A DNA stretch of 64,000 bases from Amphiscolops sp. MND2022 (GCA_964187785.1 OZ076409.1:82586001-82650000), one strand, 5' to 3'. Counted from the stretch's first letter, positions 11,265 to 23,223 are shown. The notes: generated by a model from the sequence alone, not told the origin. Made by a program: numbers and translations.

Positions 11265-11486
11265 CTACTGCTCATCATCAATCATCCAGTCTTGCAAAAT
11301 GTCGTCAAATTGTTGAACGTGATGCAGCCATAACAACAAGCGTTCAAACAGTTCTACAACCTCAACATTGAGATGCATCAGACCATCATCATCATCAGCA
11401 TGATCTTCGTCAAATGAAACCATTGAATTATGACCACTGTTTGTTGCAAGACTGTCAGAATCATTGCTCAAATTTTCAATATCCAT
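11265..11486 (-). CDS. Small acidic ORF near the Polinton terminus
   Basis: Open 73-aa D/E-rich ORF. No homology recognised. Confidence 0.3.
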   Translation of the reverse strand: MDIENLSNDSDSLATNSGHNSMVSFDEDHADDDDGLMHLNVEVVELFERLLLWLHHVQQFDDILQDWMIDDEQ

Positions 11487-11808
11487 TTATCTGTGCTTTA
11501 TTTTCATACAAGTATTATTCACGAGTCAACTTTCATGAAAACACAAATGTAGTGAATTCACACGTTTCGCGTTAAAACATCTCTGTTTTTTATTTTTGCC
11601 AAAATGTAGCCCTTGTACAAGTACTAGGAAAAAATATTGAGGATACGCTGAGGCTGGATAACAACCGCCCTGGATAACAACAGCCCACTAAAAGGAAGAA
11701 GGCGAGATAATTAGGATTTGTGCAAAGTACTACTTTGACACCAAGAAAGCTAACTTCCTTTAAACTCAGTTTTTGCTTGACTCAATGGGAAAAGCATTCC
11801 ACTTTTGA

Positions 11809-12063
11809 TAGTCACTCTTTTTCGTCAACCAATGAAATGTAATGACTGGTGACGTTATTTCAAATGTTTTTGCATTCGGTTACGTCATTGTGTCGCAATT
11901 ATGACGTCATTCGGAGTCGGCGTTTCTTTCAACAAAATTCATTCCTAATTTGTTAGTCGTTCTTTTTCGTCAACCAATGAAATGTATTGATTGGTGACGT
12001 TATTTCAAGTGTTTTTGCATTCGGTTCCGTCATTGTGTCGCCATTATGACGTCATTTGGAGTC
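11809..12063. repeat. Subterminal direct repeat of the Polinton end (2 copies, 145-bp offset) containing CCAAT and CRE (TGACGTCA) motifs
   Basis: TTCGTCAACCAATGAAATGTA...ATGACGTCAT..GGAGTC starts at 11821 and 11966; TGACGTCA at 11902 and 12047. Confidence 0.85.
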
Positions 12064-12146
12064 CGCGGTATGCCCATATTTGGTTACTCACTCAACCCCT
12101 CCCCCCACCCTGACACACACATATAATGCCACTTACAACTACTACT

Positions 12147-12705
12147 GAGCGCTTTTTCTTAATCCAGCGCCTCCTTCTCAGTAAAGCGCAACTTACTTAG
12201 GATATAACGTCAAAAGTTCGGATATAGCGCGTTACTCCCGATTTTGCGTCAAAATTTTGGCAAACTTCGAAAACATATTTGTGGGTTCATATTGAGAAAA
12301 CCTAATTTCAGGCTAAAAAAAACAGAATTTTGAAACAGGCTCATAATGCCAAAAAATTTAGAAAGGGCTTTGGGCTTTTTGAAACTTCAGTTTGCTGCAA
12401 AAAAAATAAAGAAATTTGAAGGGGGGACCCTTTGGAGACAAAAAATGAAAAAAAATAGCATAGAGCCAACAATTGAAAGGAAGGACCCTATAGTCTCGTC
12501 CGGTTTTGTATCTTACGTTAAAAATGGAGTAAATGAAAAGGGCGGCCCATTGCACTAACTTAGATGCCTTTCCGCTTGCCGGTCCAGTAATTCAGTAGTT
12601 CTGTAAAACATGTCCACTACGTATACATTCTGCTATTTTACGAAAAAAACTAGTCACTGTAATATTCGAGCTTTTTTTGCTAAAAAGCAAATGTGCCGAC
12701 TGAAA
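12147..12705. mobile_element. HINE/Helentron-like non-autonomous repeat truncated by the Polinton insertion
   Basis: The sequence from 12147 resembles the reverse complement of about 32410-32475. It ends GTGCCGACTGAAA like other copies (GCGCCGACTAAAAA) and has internal AAGGGGGGACCC motifs. Confidence 0.65.
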
Positions 12706-15161
12706 TTCTCTCCAGTACCTCTTTGGATACTTTCAAATACACAGACATTAGAGCCAGTTTCGTCGATCTGTGACAATTTTTAACAATTTTCTACAATTTA
12801 GCTAAATTGACTTATTCTTCTAAAAAACTTTTTCAACTCTCGAAACGTCTGTTGTCTCAGCAGGTGATAATTCTAGTTTTTCAAGGACTCTTTGTTCAAG
12901 ATTGCAACAGTGTTACTGTAAAATAATCCAAGTTACAAACATCTGAATGCTTGTGTTTCGGGTGAGTTCGATTTAACTGAGTTGGTTTTAAACAAGAGAC
13001 AATGGCACTGCGATGTGTCTATCTGTTCAGTTTTTGTATATACATAATTTGAAATTCCGTTAGAACGCTTGTAGAAAAAAGTCCGACACCTGAATTGTTT
13101 GTCAAAAAATATCGGAATACTTTAAAATTGAAAAAAAAGTTTACTGTTGTAAAAACTGGTTCAAGCATTTAAGCACATGTAGAGTTCCAAATTTGCCATT
13201 CAAAAAGTCTTCGTCTTGCCTTCGTGCCCCAAAATCCACTATCATGCGGGAATAACGTTAATAAGATGTAACGTTAAACTTTAAGTTGACTCTATTGATC
13301 CTCACTCAAGTAGAAAACCAAAGAGGTCACTCTGAAGACTCCAAGAACGGTTTTCTTTCTTCGAAAAACATCAAAACCAGGTATTCTTTAACAAACAGTC
13401 CCGCGTTTGCTGGAAAAAAGTAAGGGGTTTTTGAAACAGCCTGCTGCGAAAAAAAATACAAAAGTGGAACATTTGATCTTCCTTCTACCTTCGCAAGCAC
13501 TTCAAATTTTTTCTTAGGTCACGTCAAAAAGCAAAGAAACACCTTTTTAACCTCTGTGTCGCGTGAAAAACGTTTTCTAGCTTCCCGTCAGCGTTTAGTA
13601 GCTATGGACAAAAATTTTATGGAGAACAGAAAATAAAACTACCGGCTCAAACTATGAATTTTCGTTTTCCTTTGAAAACAAAAAAAGTCAAACATATCTC
13701 ACCAAGTAAAATATTTTGGTCACATTCTGGTTGATTTATACAAACAGAAATCGAAAATGAAATTGGCAGTTCCAAAATATCAAAAGCAGATCTCACATGA
13801 AGTATCTAGTACCGAAACTTCGACTGAGTGAAACGATAGCTGAGTTGAAATGTTTTTTTTGCAATCGAGCTTTCTTTTTAAAACATGTTCGTTTTTGCTT
13901 TTTTGGCAATCTATGTAGTATAATATTGAAATAGATAAAAAATATAGTATATGTCAGATAGTAAATGTAGCTTTTCATTGAAAACGTTATTAAAAAAGAA
14001 GCGAAAAAAATGAAGCTATTCCATTGAAAGTTCAGATAATTCGTGCAGTAAGAAATATTAATCACAGAAATATTCTTTTGGGTACGAACTTCAGAAAGCT
14101 GCACAGTGCCAAAAAGACAGAAAAGGTACTCATTTGGCTTCTCTGGGTTCGCTTTAGATTTTGGATCTTAATCGTGAAGAAAATTGACTACACAAAGTTA
14201 GATCTGTGGTCTGGAGAAAAACGAATCACTTTATTAACCGAACATATTTCGTCCTTGAATGTGCTGGTTCCGAAATTTCTTAGCATTCATTGCTCGGATC
14301 TTGGTAAGAGCTCTAGGATTGATACAATCGTAATGCGATACCGCCTCGCAATATGTGACAGTTCTTTTAGGGTGAACCCGAGAAAACGATAAGTATTTTT
14401 GAAGGTAGCATATTGGTCGATCTGGAATTTCTATTACATGAGAAAGAAGAGTCTATAACATGAGAGTCTGTTTGAGTTATTTCTCCGGTCATCCATTCAG
14501 AGAGGCTATATATTTCGGTGTTATGTAACCGAATCTCTGAGCCAATGAGATGACGGTGACAGCCATATTGGGCCATCCAGAATTTCATTTCGGCCATAAT
14601 CTCAGTCCTCGGTCAAACGATTTCCTATAGCACCTACAAAAGCCGCATTCGCCGTTATACGCAATGATTTCGTCTACGTTTTAGCCGGAAACAACTGAAA
14701 AAAAAATGAAAGAGTGTTTTAAGCAATTGAGAGATTTGATTTCATTTCTGCATTTTTGAAACAATGTCCTTAGCCTGATTTTTCTGCGTGGTTCTTCAAC
14801 GTACATAGTAAAGGAGCCTTCTAGTTGATTGAGTATCATGAAAAAATTAAGCCGAAAATTGTATTATTTAATTGTTTGAGGCAGCTGGTAGACAAAAATA
14901 CATGAAGCTGAAATGGAGTTTAAAGTTGACCCAAGGCAAAGCAATCCAATTAGTAACGCGAAGAGATTTTATTCTATCGCCCACGATTTTTATTTGAGTG
15001 GATTGGAAGATTTTCAAAAAAAAACAAGTTTCACGTAGGCTCGATGCCGCGTTGTTAATTGAATTATTTTGATCTCCAGACAACGTCATTAGACTGCATA
15101 ATTAGATTACTACTCGTATCAGATCACACGACGTCTTGTTTTGTGTTCAAGGATACACCGT

Positions 15162-17003
15162 CAGGCCCCTCAGAAAAATGCGGAGAATTTTTCCAAAATA
15201 TGCGGGGAAATATGCGCGTAAATTAATGAAAATATGCGCTAAAATATGCGCCAAATCCCTAAATATGCGCTAAAATATGCGGGAAAAAACGAGTTTGGGT
15301 AAGAGACAATCAAGTTCAAACTGATAAATTAAAGTATAAAAACAATAATTTAACAATTGTTTCTTCCTTAAATCCCTTTCTTTCCTTCGAAACAAGTTTC
15401 CTCAAATATGAGAATGACCGCTCCGCATCCGCAGATGTTGCAAAAAGAAATCCATAATCCATCGCCAGCGTGGCCAGTACTGGCAACGTCTCCAAATTTG
15501 CCCGCCAAAAGTCTAAAACTCTGAGTATTCGCAATTTCAAATCTTCAATTGTAGTGTTGTCGAATTGTCGGCACTTTTCGCGGTACAGGTGTAATTCTGT
15601 CGCTGGTACGTTTTCAAAGCCCGGGATGATCAACTGGGGTTCCTCAAGGAACTCTAAAGCCCTGTGAGGATTGAAAAATTGTACATCATGCAAGAACTGT
15701 AAAGAGGGATAAACACCATGTTCCTTATTGAAGTATTTCATCAGTTTTGCTGAAGCTTTTTCAGCCGCCAAAGCCACTTTAGTGACAAACACCGAACATA
15801 ATTGGGGTGAAATTGTTTCCATAAAATCGGATGAAATATGGTCCAAAACGGTAAAGTCGTCAAATTCGATTTGGGACCTTAGGTCAGTTGACAAACTTTG
15901 TAATTTATCCGATAAAAACAAAATTTGTCCCAAATTTGACTCGAATAATTTAATGCAATTAATAAAAACTTTGGCGCGTTCAGCAAGAAAAAATATTTCC
16001 ATTTTTGTCTGTGCCCAATCATTTTTGTTTTCGAATATCTCGTTTAGATCACTAAGCGTTGCAGGTATGTTATTGAGATCTTGCGATTGTAGCTCAATAA
16101 ATTCAGCTTCAACGTCAAAATGTTCCTTGTGGAACACCAACGCATCAAACAAGGATGTCCATCTAGTTTCAATTGGCACAGGTGCTACTTTGGGAGTCAT
16201 GTTCTTTCGGGTTAAGAAGTCTAACCATTTGCCTCTCCTGTTGTTTGGCGGTTTTGTATAACACGACCACATCTTGACCCAAGAAATTGCCTTTTCAAAT
16301 GGCTTGAGATAATCCTTACACACTAAATTAAGGATATGTGGGACGCAAGTCAAATTTGCTCTCATTTTGAATTGGAAGGGTCGTTTCTATGGTTTTTTGT
16401 CGCTTGGCAGGTGTTTTTTGCTTCTCAGCAGCCAATTTGTGCTTCCCAGTATCCAAATGTTGTTGTAAATTTGACTGTCGAGAATGCTCAACAGTTATGC
16501 AACAGACTTTGCAGAATAGAAGGTCCCCTTCGACGTAAAAATGATCCCTGTTTGATTGACAATTAAGACGTTGACGAGCCGTTAATCCTGACGCGTGACA
16601 TAACTGCGCCCGAATATCCCTTGAGGATTTAAGCTGAGTTAAGTTTACTTGTTTGGGGGTTCTGCGCATTGTTTCTGAAAGAAGGTAAAAATTCACAGGC
16701 AAAGTTAATTTAAATGAGAATCGAGAAGGCGCGGCGCGGCGGTTGAATTGCAACGATGCATTTGATGCAAGTATTGCTTTGCAATTTGCAGCAGGCAGAG
16801 CCAGCCAACCGCCGTTTTATGATTTGTAAACAAACAGCAAGCAATCAGACTCATTTCAGTTCAAATGAGTCCATTTGAGTTCAATTTGGGCAGCTTTATC
16901 CGAAAAATTCCAGAAATATGCGCGTCGCATATGCGCTTTTACTAAACTGTCAAAATATGCGGAAATATGCGGAAATATGCGCCGCATTTTTCTGAGGGGC
17001 CTG
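15162..17003 (-). mobile_element. hAT DNA transposon (CGGBP1-like group), internally deleted
   Basis: Perfect 22-bp TIR CAGGCCCCTCAGAAAAATGCGG (15162-15183 / 16982-17003), 8-bp TSD TACACCGT on both sides, and subterminal AAATATGCG repeats. Confidence 0.95.
15316..16669 (-). pseudogene. hAT transposase lacking its central catalytic region
   Basis: N-term zinc finger FYVEGDLLFCKVCCITVEHSRQSNLQQHLDTGKH (CGGBP1-like) is joined out of frame to CVPHILNL (CxxH), TRWTS and SADAERSFS (catalytic E, dimerisation domain). The segment with the first two catalytic Asp is absent. Confidence 0.85.
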
Positions 17004-17070
17004 TACACCGTTGTCAAAATTTATTTAATAACTCTGCCTTCAAATAATAGTTTTTTAAGGTTTTGATATT

Positions 17071-17332
17071 AATCAAATCATTCAATTATGAAATTGAATT
17101 ATCCAAAATTTAGTCTGTTTTAGCTGTTTATTATTCAAAAATTCCATCTCGTTAAAGTCATTTCGAAAATGTTTCCTTCCAAATTTTTAATACCTCCGCC
17201 TACAAGTAATATTTTTTTTTAGTTTTTGATGCCAATCAGATCATTCAATTATGAAATTGAATTATCCAAAACTTGATCGGCATTGGCTACTTGATATAAA
17301 AAATCTATCCCACGATAGTCATTTCGAAAATG
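17071..17332. repeat. Diverged local direct duplication (about 163-bp offset)
   Basis: AATCA(A/G)ATCATTCAATTATGAAATTGAATTATCCAAAA...GTCATTTCGAAAATG at 17071 and 17234. Confidence 0.7.
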
Positions 17333-18754
17333 ATTCATTTAAAATTAAAATTTAACTTAAGTTTAACAATTTTAACAATTGTTTACATGTTTCTATGCTA
17401 TTGGAGCCTCTTGACCTCAATAATTTGTATATTGTACTTTTTGTAAACAAAAATGTACTAAATCTTATATCTTATATTAATTTTGTGTATAAATCCTCGA
17501 TTGTGAGCGGACAACGACAGATGTATTCAAAAAAGGTCAAAATGATGTACTTAAAAAATCTAAGCGGTTAAAACTGAAGAACCAACGAGACGAGAACGTC
17601 TAAAGTCTGTGCCTCACTTAAGGCCAGCAACAACTTGTCGCAAACGCCTGTTCAAAATAGGGACTTTCAGTGAGTTCCTTAATCTGAAGGGTTCCCTGAT
17701 CTGAAGAAAAAGAAACAAGTCAGAATAAATGTCGGGCAGATTTTCTCATGAAATGCGCCGAATATTTTTTTCCGGTAACTAACTTTTTCCAGCTTGAGTG
17801 CTATAGATTTTTTGATTTTTAAAACACTGCCGCTCTGAGAGTGTTATTTTTTTCTGAGACAAAAGATTTTAGTTCAAGAATTTAAAATTTTTACTTCACT
17901 GGTTTCACCCTAACGATTTGATTATCTAGTAAATTAGTAAATGTATCCGAGTATAAATCAGGACTAAAAAGCACTTTCAAGGTTTATATAAATATAACAT
18001 ATCTCAGTATTCGCGGGGATGGGGATTATATAAATATCGTAGGGTTGCTCACAACCATACATCTTGTTCCATGGCTTCATAATGCCTCCTTATCGAAATA
18101 TATGTGACATAAATATATCCGACTTCATTAAATATTATGTAGTTTATATATCGTAGTTAGTTCTTTATTTCCATCATGCTGGCATGATATCTATGGTTCA
18201 TTCTGGCAGTGGACGCAATCATCTCCCCATGTGTTGATATCTGTGAAGTTACGTCATGATTTATAACCTTAAGAGCACATGGTAGCTACCATGGTAGCCT
18301 GTGGGATTTATGGGGAACATTTTAGAAGTCAGTACTTCTACGCGCACCCAGCGGGTGCAGCCAGCTGATTTTGAAAGTGTTTTGCACAGAGTGAACTGAC
18401 ATCGAAAAGTCGCTTTGTTGTTACAAAAAAACTCTTGCTTCTTTTCAGCGGCCACAGTAAAAAATGTATCGAAACATGCTGGAGATCACTTTGATCTTTC
18501 TTCTTTATAACTTGTCATTTACCTGTTATGAAGGGCTTGATGAACAACGGTTACATAAACAAATACCCGGAACGCTTCACAGGTAGGAACGGGCAATGAA
18601 ACGATGGATTTACGGAAATACGGGGTCTTGGAAATGAAAAAACGGTACGATGAAGCCAACCAAGAATTTTAGAGCAAAACTGAATTAACATTTTTTGTAG
18701 TTCAATTTCATTACTTTCGTTTGTTGTGATAAACTTATTAAATAGTTTCCGGTT

Positions 18755-19507
18755 GTGATGGTAACCAAGACGACATCAACATCATCCTCCAAATGTGGAA
18801 GTTGCAAAAAGGTCGTGAAAGAAGTCGACAAAACTGGCATAGCGTGTGACAACTGTTCTACTTGGTATCATGGTACACGTGTTGGTCTTTCCGAGCAAGA
18901 TGTCACCACTCTGGGGAGAATCAGCGGTTGTCTCTGGATGTGCAATGCCTGCCTCGACGACAACGTCTTCAATTCCGAAGCTAAGTACACTTCTGTAATT
19001 ACTAATCAAACAGTAAAAAATACCATGAAAAACATTCAAAACACCCTTGATGAAATGAAAGCCACTCTAAAAACCCCTTTAGAACCCGGAAAAAGTCACG
19101 AAACTCAGAGTGCAATCTCTAGAGAAATTGTTATAACTGGTCTTATGAAGGAAAAAGGTGTCGCGCACAGCCTTATTGAGGCAGATAAGAACAAACTACA
19201 AGATGTTCTAAAATACCTTGATAATTCCAATTTCAATATCGAAAATTCAACCCGACCAAGGCTTCTTCTTGTTCGCTTTTCATCAGAGTGGGACGTAAGA
19301 AAATGCTTATCAAGAGCTTACAAACTAAAGAATTACCCATCCAAAATTTTCATTTCCAAATCACTCAGCAAGGATGACCAGGCCACTAAACGCAAACTTC
19401 TTGAAAAACGCTATCAGCTGATCAGTGAAGGAGTCCCCCGTGAGGAGCTTCGTATCAGAGGACTGAAACTTTTGAGAAATGGTGATGAGGTTGAATTCCA
19501 GAAATGA
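18755..19507 (+). CDS. LINE ORF1 protein with PHD finger
   Basis: CGSC..IACDNCSTWYHG.R..WMCNAC (PHD, one Cys substituted), a coiled-coil-like region, and RPRLLLVRF..KIFISKSLS typical of CR1-group ORF1. Confidence 0.85.
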   Translation: MMVTKTTSTSSSKCGSCKKVVKEVDKTGIACDNCSTWYHGTRVGLSEQDVTTLGRISGCLWMCNACLDDNVFNSEAKYTSVITNQTVKNTMKNIQNTLDEMKATLKTPLEPGKSHETQSAISREIVITGLMKEKGVAHSLIEADKNKLQDVLKYLDNSNFNIENSTRPRLLLVRFSSEWDVRKCLSRAYKLKNYPSKIFISKSLSKDDQATKRKLLEKRYQLISEGVPREELRIRGLKLLRNGDEVEFQK

Positions 19508-22342
19508 CATCAACTGAAAGCAAGCCTTGTTAACGTGCAAAGTCTCATAAGTTTACAACAACGCCTGAAATTCCTCAAGTTCTTGAGTCTGCATTCACCC
19601 GATATTCTTTTTTAACAGAGACGTGGTTGTACAGTCGCATTTCTAACTCAGAAGTATTTCCTTTGAGAACCAATTATCGCGTCATTGCTCGACAAGATCG
19701 TGACATTGGAGAACACGGTGGTGTCCTTATTGCTGTGAAGAGAACTTTTGCTTTGAACTACTCTCAAGTTAAAACCCTCAACGACTACTCTGTCTCAGTC
19801 TCTTTCCTAGCTAGAGAAAGCTCCCACTTGTTCTTGTTGATGTACAACCCTCCGTCTAAATCTCCTTACAGAATCCAAGCAGACGAACTCAGCGCGTGCA
19901 TTACTACCTGTCATAAACACTTCCAAGACCAACCCACTAATTCGTTCACTGTGTTAGGTGATCTGAATCTTGAAGACGTTTGTTGGGCAACTATCACTGC
20001 TAAATCTGATTATTCTAAAGCCTTACTAGCTGTTGCGGAGAGTCTCAATCTGTGCCCACTTGTGTTTGAATCTACGCATATATCGGGAAACACTCTGGAT
20101 ATTATTCTATCTACCTCTCCGGAACTTTTTACAGTGTCCGTGGATGGGAACTTATACTCAGACCATTATCCTGTATTCGCTCTCTTCACTATTCCATCAC
20201 CCCTGACTGAACCTACTACTCAGGTTATTTCCAATTTTTCAATGTCTTCTTTCTCGAAGACACATTTCAATGAAAGCCTCTCTCCAAACTTCTACACACT
20301 CTTGTCTTGTCCCAATTCGGACATGTATTCAACAACTCTGGAAGAATATTTCGAGCTATGGCATAGAACAATTTTCGATGCCTGCGTTCAATCCTGCTCC
20401 TTGAAAACTTCTCGCCGGATGCAGTTTCCCTTTTATTACTCTTCGTATACAATCCACTTGCTGAACAAGTTACGTACTGCCGTCAAAAACAACTATAATC
20501 TTGAATATATCTCAAAACTCCGTGAAGATGCCAACCAGCCTATTGAGCTAGACAAGACTCTTTTAATCGACAGCCTTTCTCCGCATTCAACGCGTACCTG
20601 TTTCAAATATCTACGCTCCTTCTCTTCAAATCTGTTACCGAACGAAATGCACTGGCAAAACTTATCTGCTAATTCGAGCAAAACAATAGCAAATCTCTTC
20701 AACTCTTTTTTCTGCTCTATCTATGGAACGAGTCTCTCTACATCATTACCTATTCCGCAAAACCCTGAAATCTTTTTGCGCAATTTTAAAATTAACATTT
20801 ATGAAGTTTCCGAACTGTTGTTGAAGGCCTCAACTAGCTGTAGAAGCTCCGATCCAATCCCAACCTTTCTCCTCAATCGCTGCCCAGATATTTTAGCACC
20901 ATTAGTCGTCACACAACTATTTGAAATGATTATCAAAACCAAAGAGTGGCCATGTCTCTGGAAGTGTTCAACCATAACACCAATTTACAAATCAGATGAT
21001 CCCGAAAGCGTCGAAAATTATCGCCCTATCAGTATTCTACCTCAGCTGTCAATTATACTCGAGAAGCTAATCTTTCGCTATATCTATTCCCACGTGAGGA
21101 AAAAAGTTTGCTCCGAACAACACGGTTTCATGAGACAGCGGTCAACAGTAACCCAGCTTCTGCCGTTTCTAGATGAGCTCTATAATCGAAAGGACTCAAA
21201 CATTCCAAGCTATGCTGTCTATTTTGATTTTCGGAAAGCTTTTGATCTTGTCCCTCATCACCTCCTCCTTCACAAACTAGCTGACTTTGGATTCGATAGT
21301 GATTTCCTCGAACTTTTCCAATCATATCTCTCCTCAAGGTTCCAGCAAGTTTCTGTCAACGGTGTTCTATCACAGTTGTCAAAAGTAACCAGCGGAGTGC
21401 CGCAGGGAAGCGTTGTTGGACCACTCTTTTATCATTTTTATTAACGACCTACCCGACAACATCACAAAACCGTCGTGTTACCTGTTTGCTGATGATAGCA
21501 AATTACTATCTCGATCCATTCCTGACCTACAACATGACATTATCAACTTTCAGATATGGGCCACAGAAAATCTCATGTATTTCAATATTGATAAATGCAA
21601 AAGTCTCTACTTTGATGGGCGAAATAAATCAAGTGCTACTGTCACGTTGGACGGAAATGAAATTCCTATTGTCAACTGCATCAAAGACTTGGGTATTCAT
21701 GTCCAAAGCTCAATATCATGGAAAAGTCACATCCAGGCGAAGTTAGTGGCAGCTCGCAAGTCTTTTCAATTTCTGAAAAGCACGATCCCTCATAATGTCT
21801 CTGTCGCCACAAAACTTCTATATTACCGCCTCTGTGTCCATAGTATACTTCTCTATGGCTCCCAAATCTGGTACCCCTCAATTAGTCAAAGAAGACAACT
21901 AGAACTTTTCAACAGAAAATGTTTATATTGGGTCACCGGTCTCTGGGACTACAATCTTCAACTCTCGCGTACCTTGCCTATATCTTTTTATCTTGTACTT
22001 CAAGACCTAATTTTCGTAAACAAGTCTATCAAAGGGAAATACGACCTAAACATTCAAAATTTCATATGTTTCAGCTCGAATGTCAGAAATCTCCGAACTT
22101 CCCATTGCCAGTTGCTAACCCCAGTTTTGAAATGCAACAAGTTCACATCCAGACAATCTTACTTTCAACGTGTCTGCCAATGGTCCAATTTTTTATCCGA
22201 AAGAAACATTGACATTACTCAATCTTGCGAAAATTTCAAGTCCTCTGTAAACGCCTATCTTCATAGTTGTGTGCCCTCTTTCAACTTGGATCGAAGCTGC
22301 TCATGGTTTATTAAATGCTTTTGTAGCATCTGTCGTTCTTAA
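19508..22342 (+). pseudogene. LINE ORF2 (APE endonuclease + reverse transcriptase) with two frameshifts
   Basis: SLVNVQSL, LTETWL, GGVLI, YNPP, GDLN, LDIIL, SDHYPV (APE); NYRPISIL, QHGF, DFRKAFD, SGVPQGSVVGP, LFADD, KDLGI (RT). Frameshifts near 19610 and 21428. Confidence 0.92.
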
Positions 22343-22764
22343 TTTTTCACGCTGAATGACATCGTTTGTAAATACGATTCATAACTATCTAATATGCCTT
22401 TTATCGAAGGGAATAAAGTCTTTTAGTAGTAGTAGTAGTAGTAGTTTACAGCACATCACGAATAACTGCAGGACAACTATGATTTTTGTATATAGAATTT
22501 GAGGTAGACTTATACGGTGGTTAAAGAAACGTAAAGTTTAAGTTATTGCCATTTTTGAAGTTATGTTTGGTTTATTGAGGAGGTCAATCAGTTTTCGAAT
22601 CTTTTTTCAAAGTATGTGATTCTTCAGAATTTTATGTCCCTATTAGAATCCCAAAGTTCAGCTTGAAAACTCCTAATCACAAACAAAAACATGAGTTGTT
22701 GATCTCGCTACACTGTAGGCTAACGAAAGATTACGCGTATCTAGTGTTTGGTAGATTTTTTTAC

Positions 22765-23223
22765 TTTTAATCGGCGCTTTTATTGATAAAAGAGCCCGAC
22801 TATTACAGTTACTCGTTATTTTTTCTCTTTTTTAAGACAGACTCGAAGCGACGAAATTTTTGTTCAGTTTGTTCAACTGAACGAATACTTGGGAAACGCA
22901 TCGAAGTTATCTCAAAGGGCCCCCTTTCAGTTTTTACTTTTTAAACGTAACATACAAAACCGGATGAGACTAAAGGGTCCCCTTTCAATTTTTTTCGGCA
23001 CTGTGAGACAATTTTTTTCGATTTTTTTGTCTTCAAAGGGTTCCCCTTTCGATTTTGTTGAAATCCCACCTCCTAATATCCCTCGAGTTAAGCGCTATAT
23101 CCGAACTTCTGACGTTATATCCGAACCATATTGAGTTTTTGTAAGGCGGAGGCGGAGGTCCGAAAACAAGAGCTTTTTGAGCCTTAGATATAGCGCTGAC
23201 TTTAGACTTGTTCCCGTCTTGTT
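22765..23223. mobile_element. HINE/Helentron-like repeat, opposite orientation to the 36127 copy
   Basis: Begins TTTTAATCGGCGC and ends GCGCTGACT...CTTGTT; internal GGGTCCCCTTT motifs. Confidence 0.65.

Larger units (their letters stand above)
1..12146. mobile_element. Degenerate Polinton/Maverick (adintovirus-like) endogenous element, right part; continues beyond window start
   Basis: Co-located relics of minor capsid, adenain-like protease, major capsid, integrase C-terminus, A32-like ATPase and pPolB. Terminus ...CTTACAACTACTACT at 12146 reads AGTAGTAGT.. on the minus strand, and unrelated HINE repeat sequence starts immediately after it. Confidence 0.93.
18700..22445 (+). mobile_element. 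Non-LTR retrotransposon, CR1/L2 group, near full length (5' end approximate)
   Basis: PHD-finger ORF1, APE+RT ORF2, short 3' UTR with AATAAA (22412-22417) and a (TAG)7 tail at 22424-22444. Confidence 0.9.

Noticed and set aside
14330..14640. Possible solo LTR or exon (TATA/CCAAT-like motifs, 76-aa ORF)
   Set aside because: No defined TG..CA boundaries, TSD or recognisable protein motif.
19607..19615. TTTTTTA as a programmed -1 frameshift site
   Set aside because: Not in canonical X XXY YYZ phase; a one-base homopolymer loss or sequencing error explains it.
22424..22445. (TAG/AGT)n run resembling a Polinton terminus
   Set aside because: It follows the LINE stop codon and AATAAA and is not followed by the TIR sequence TGTAAGTGGC, so it is the LINE 3' tail.
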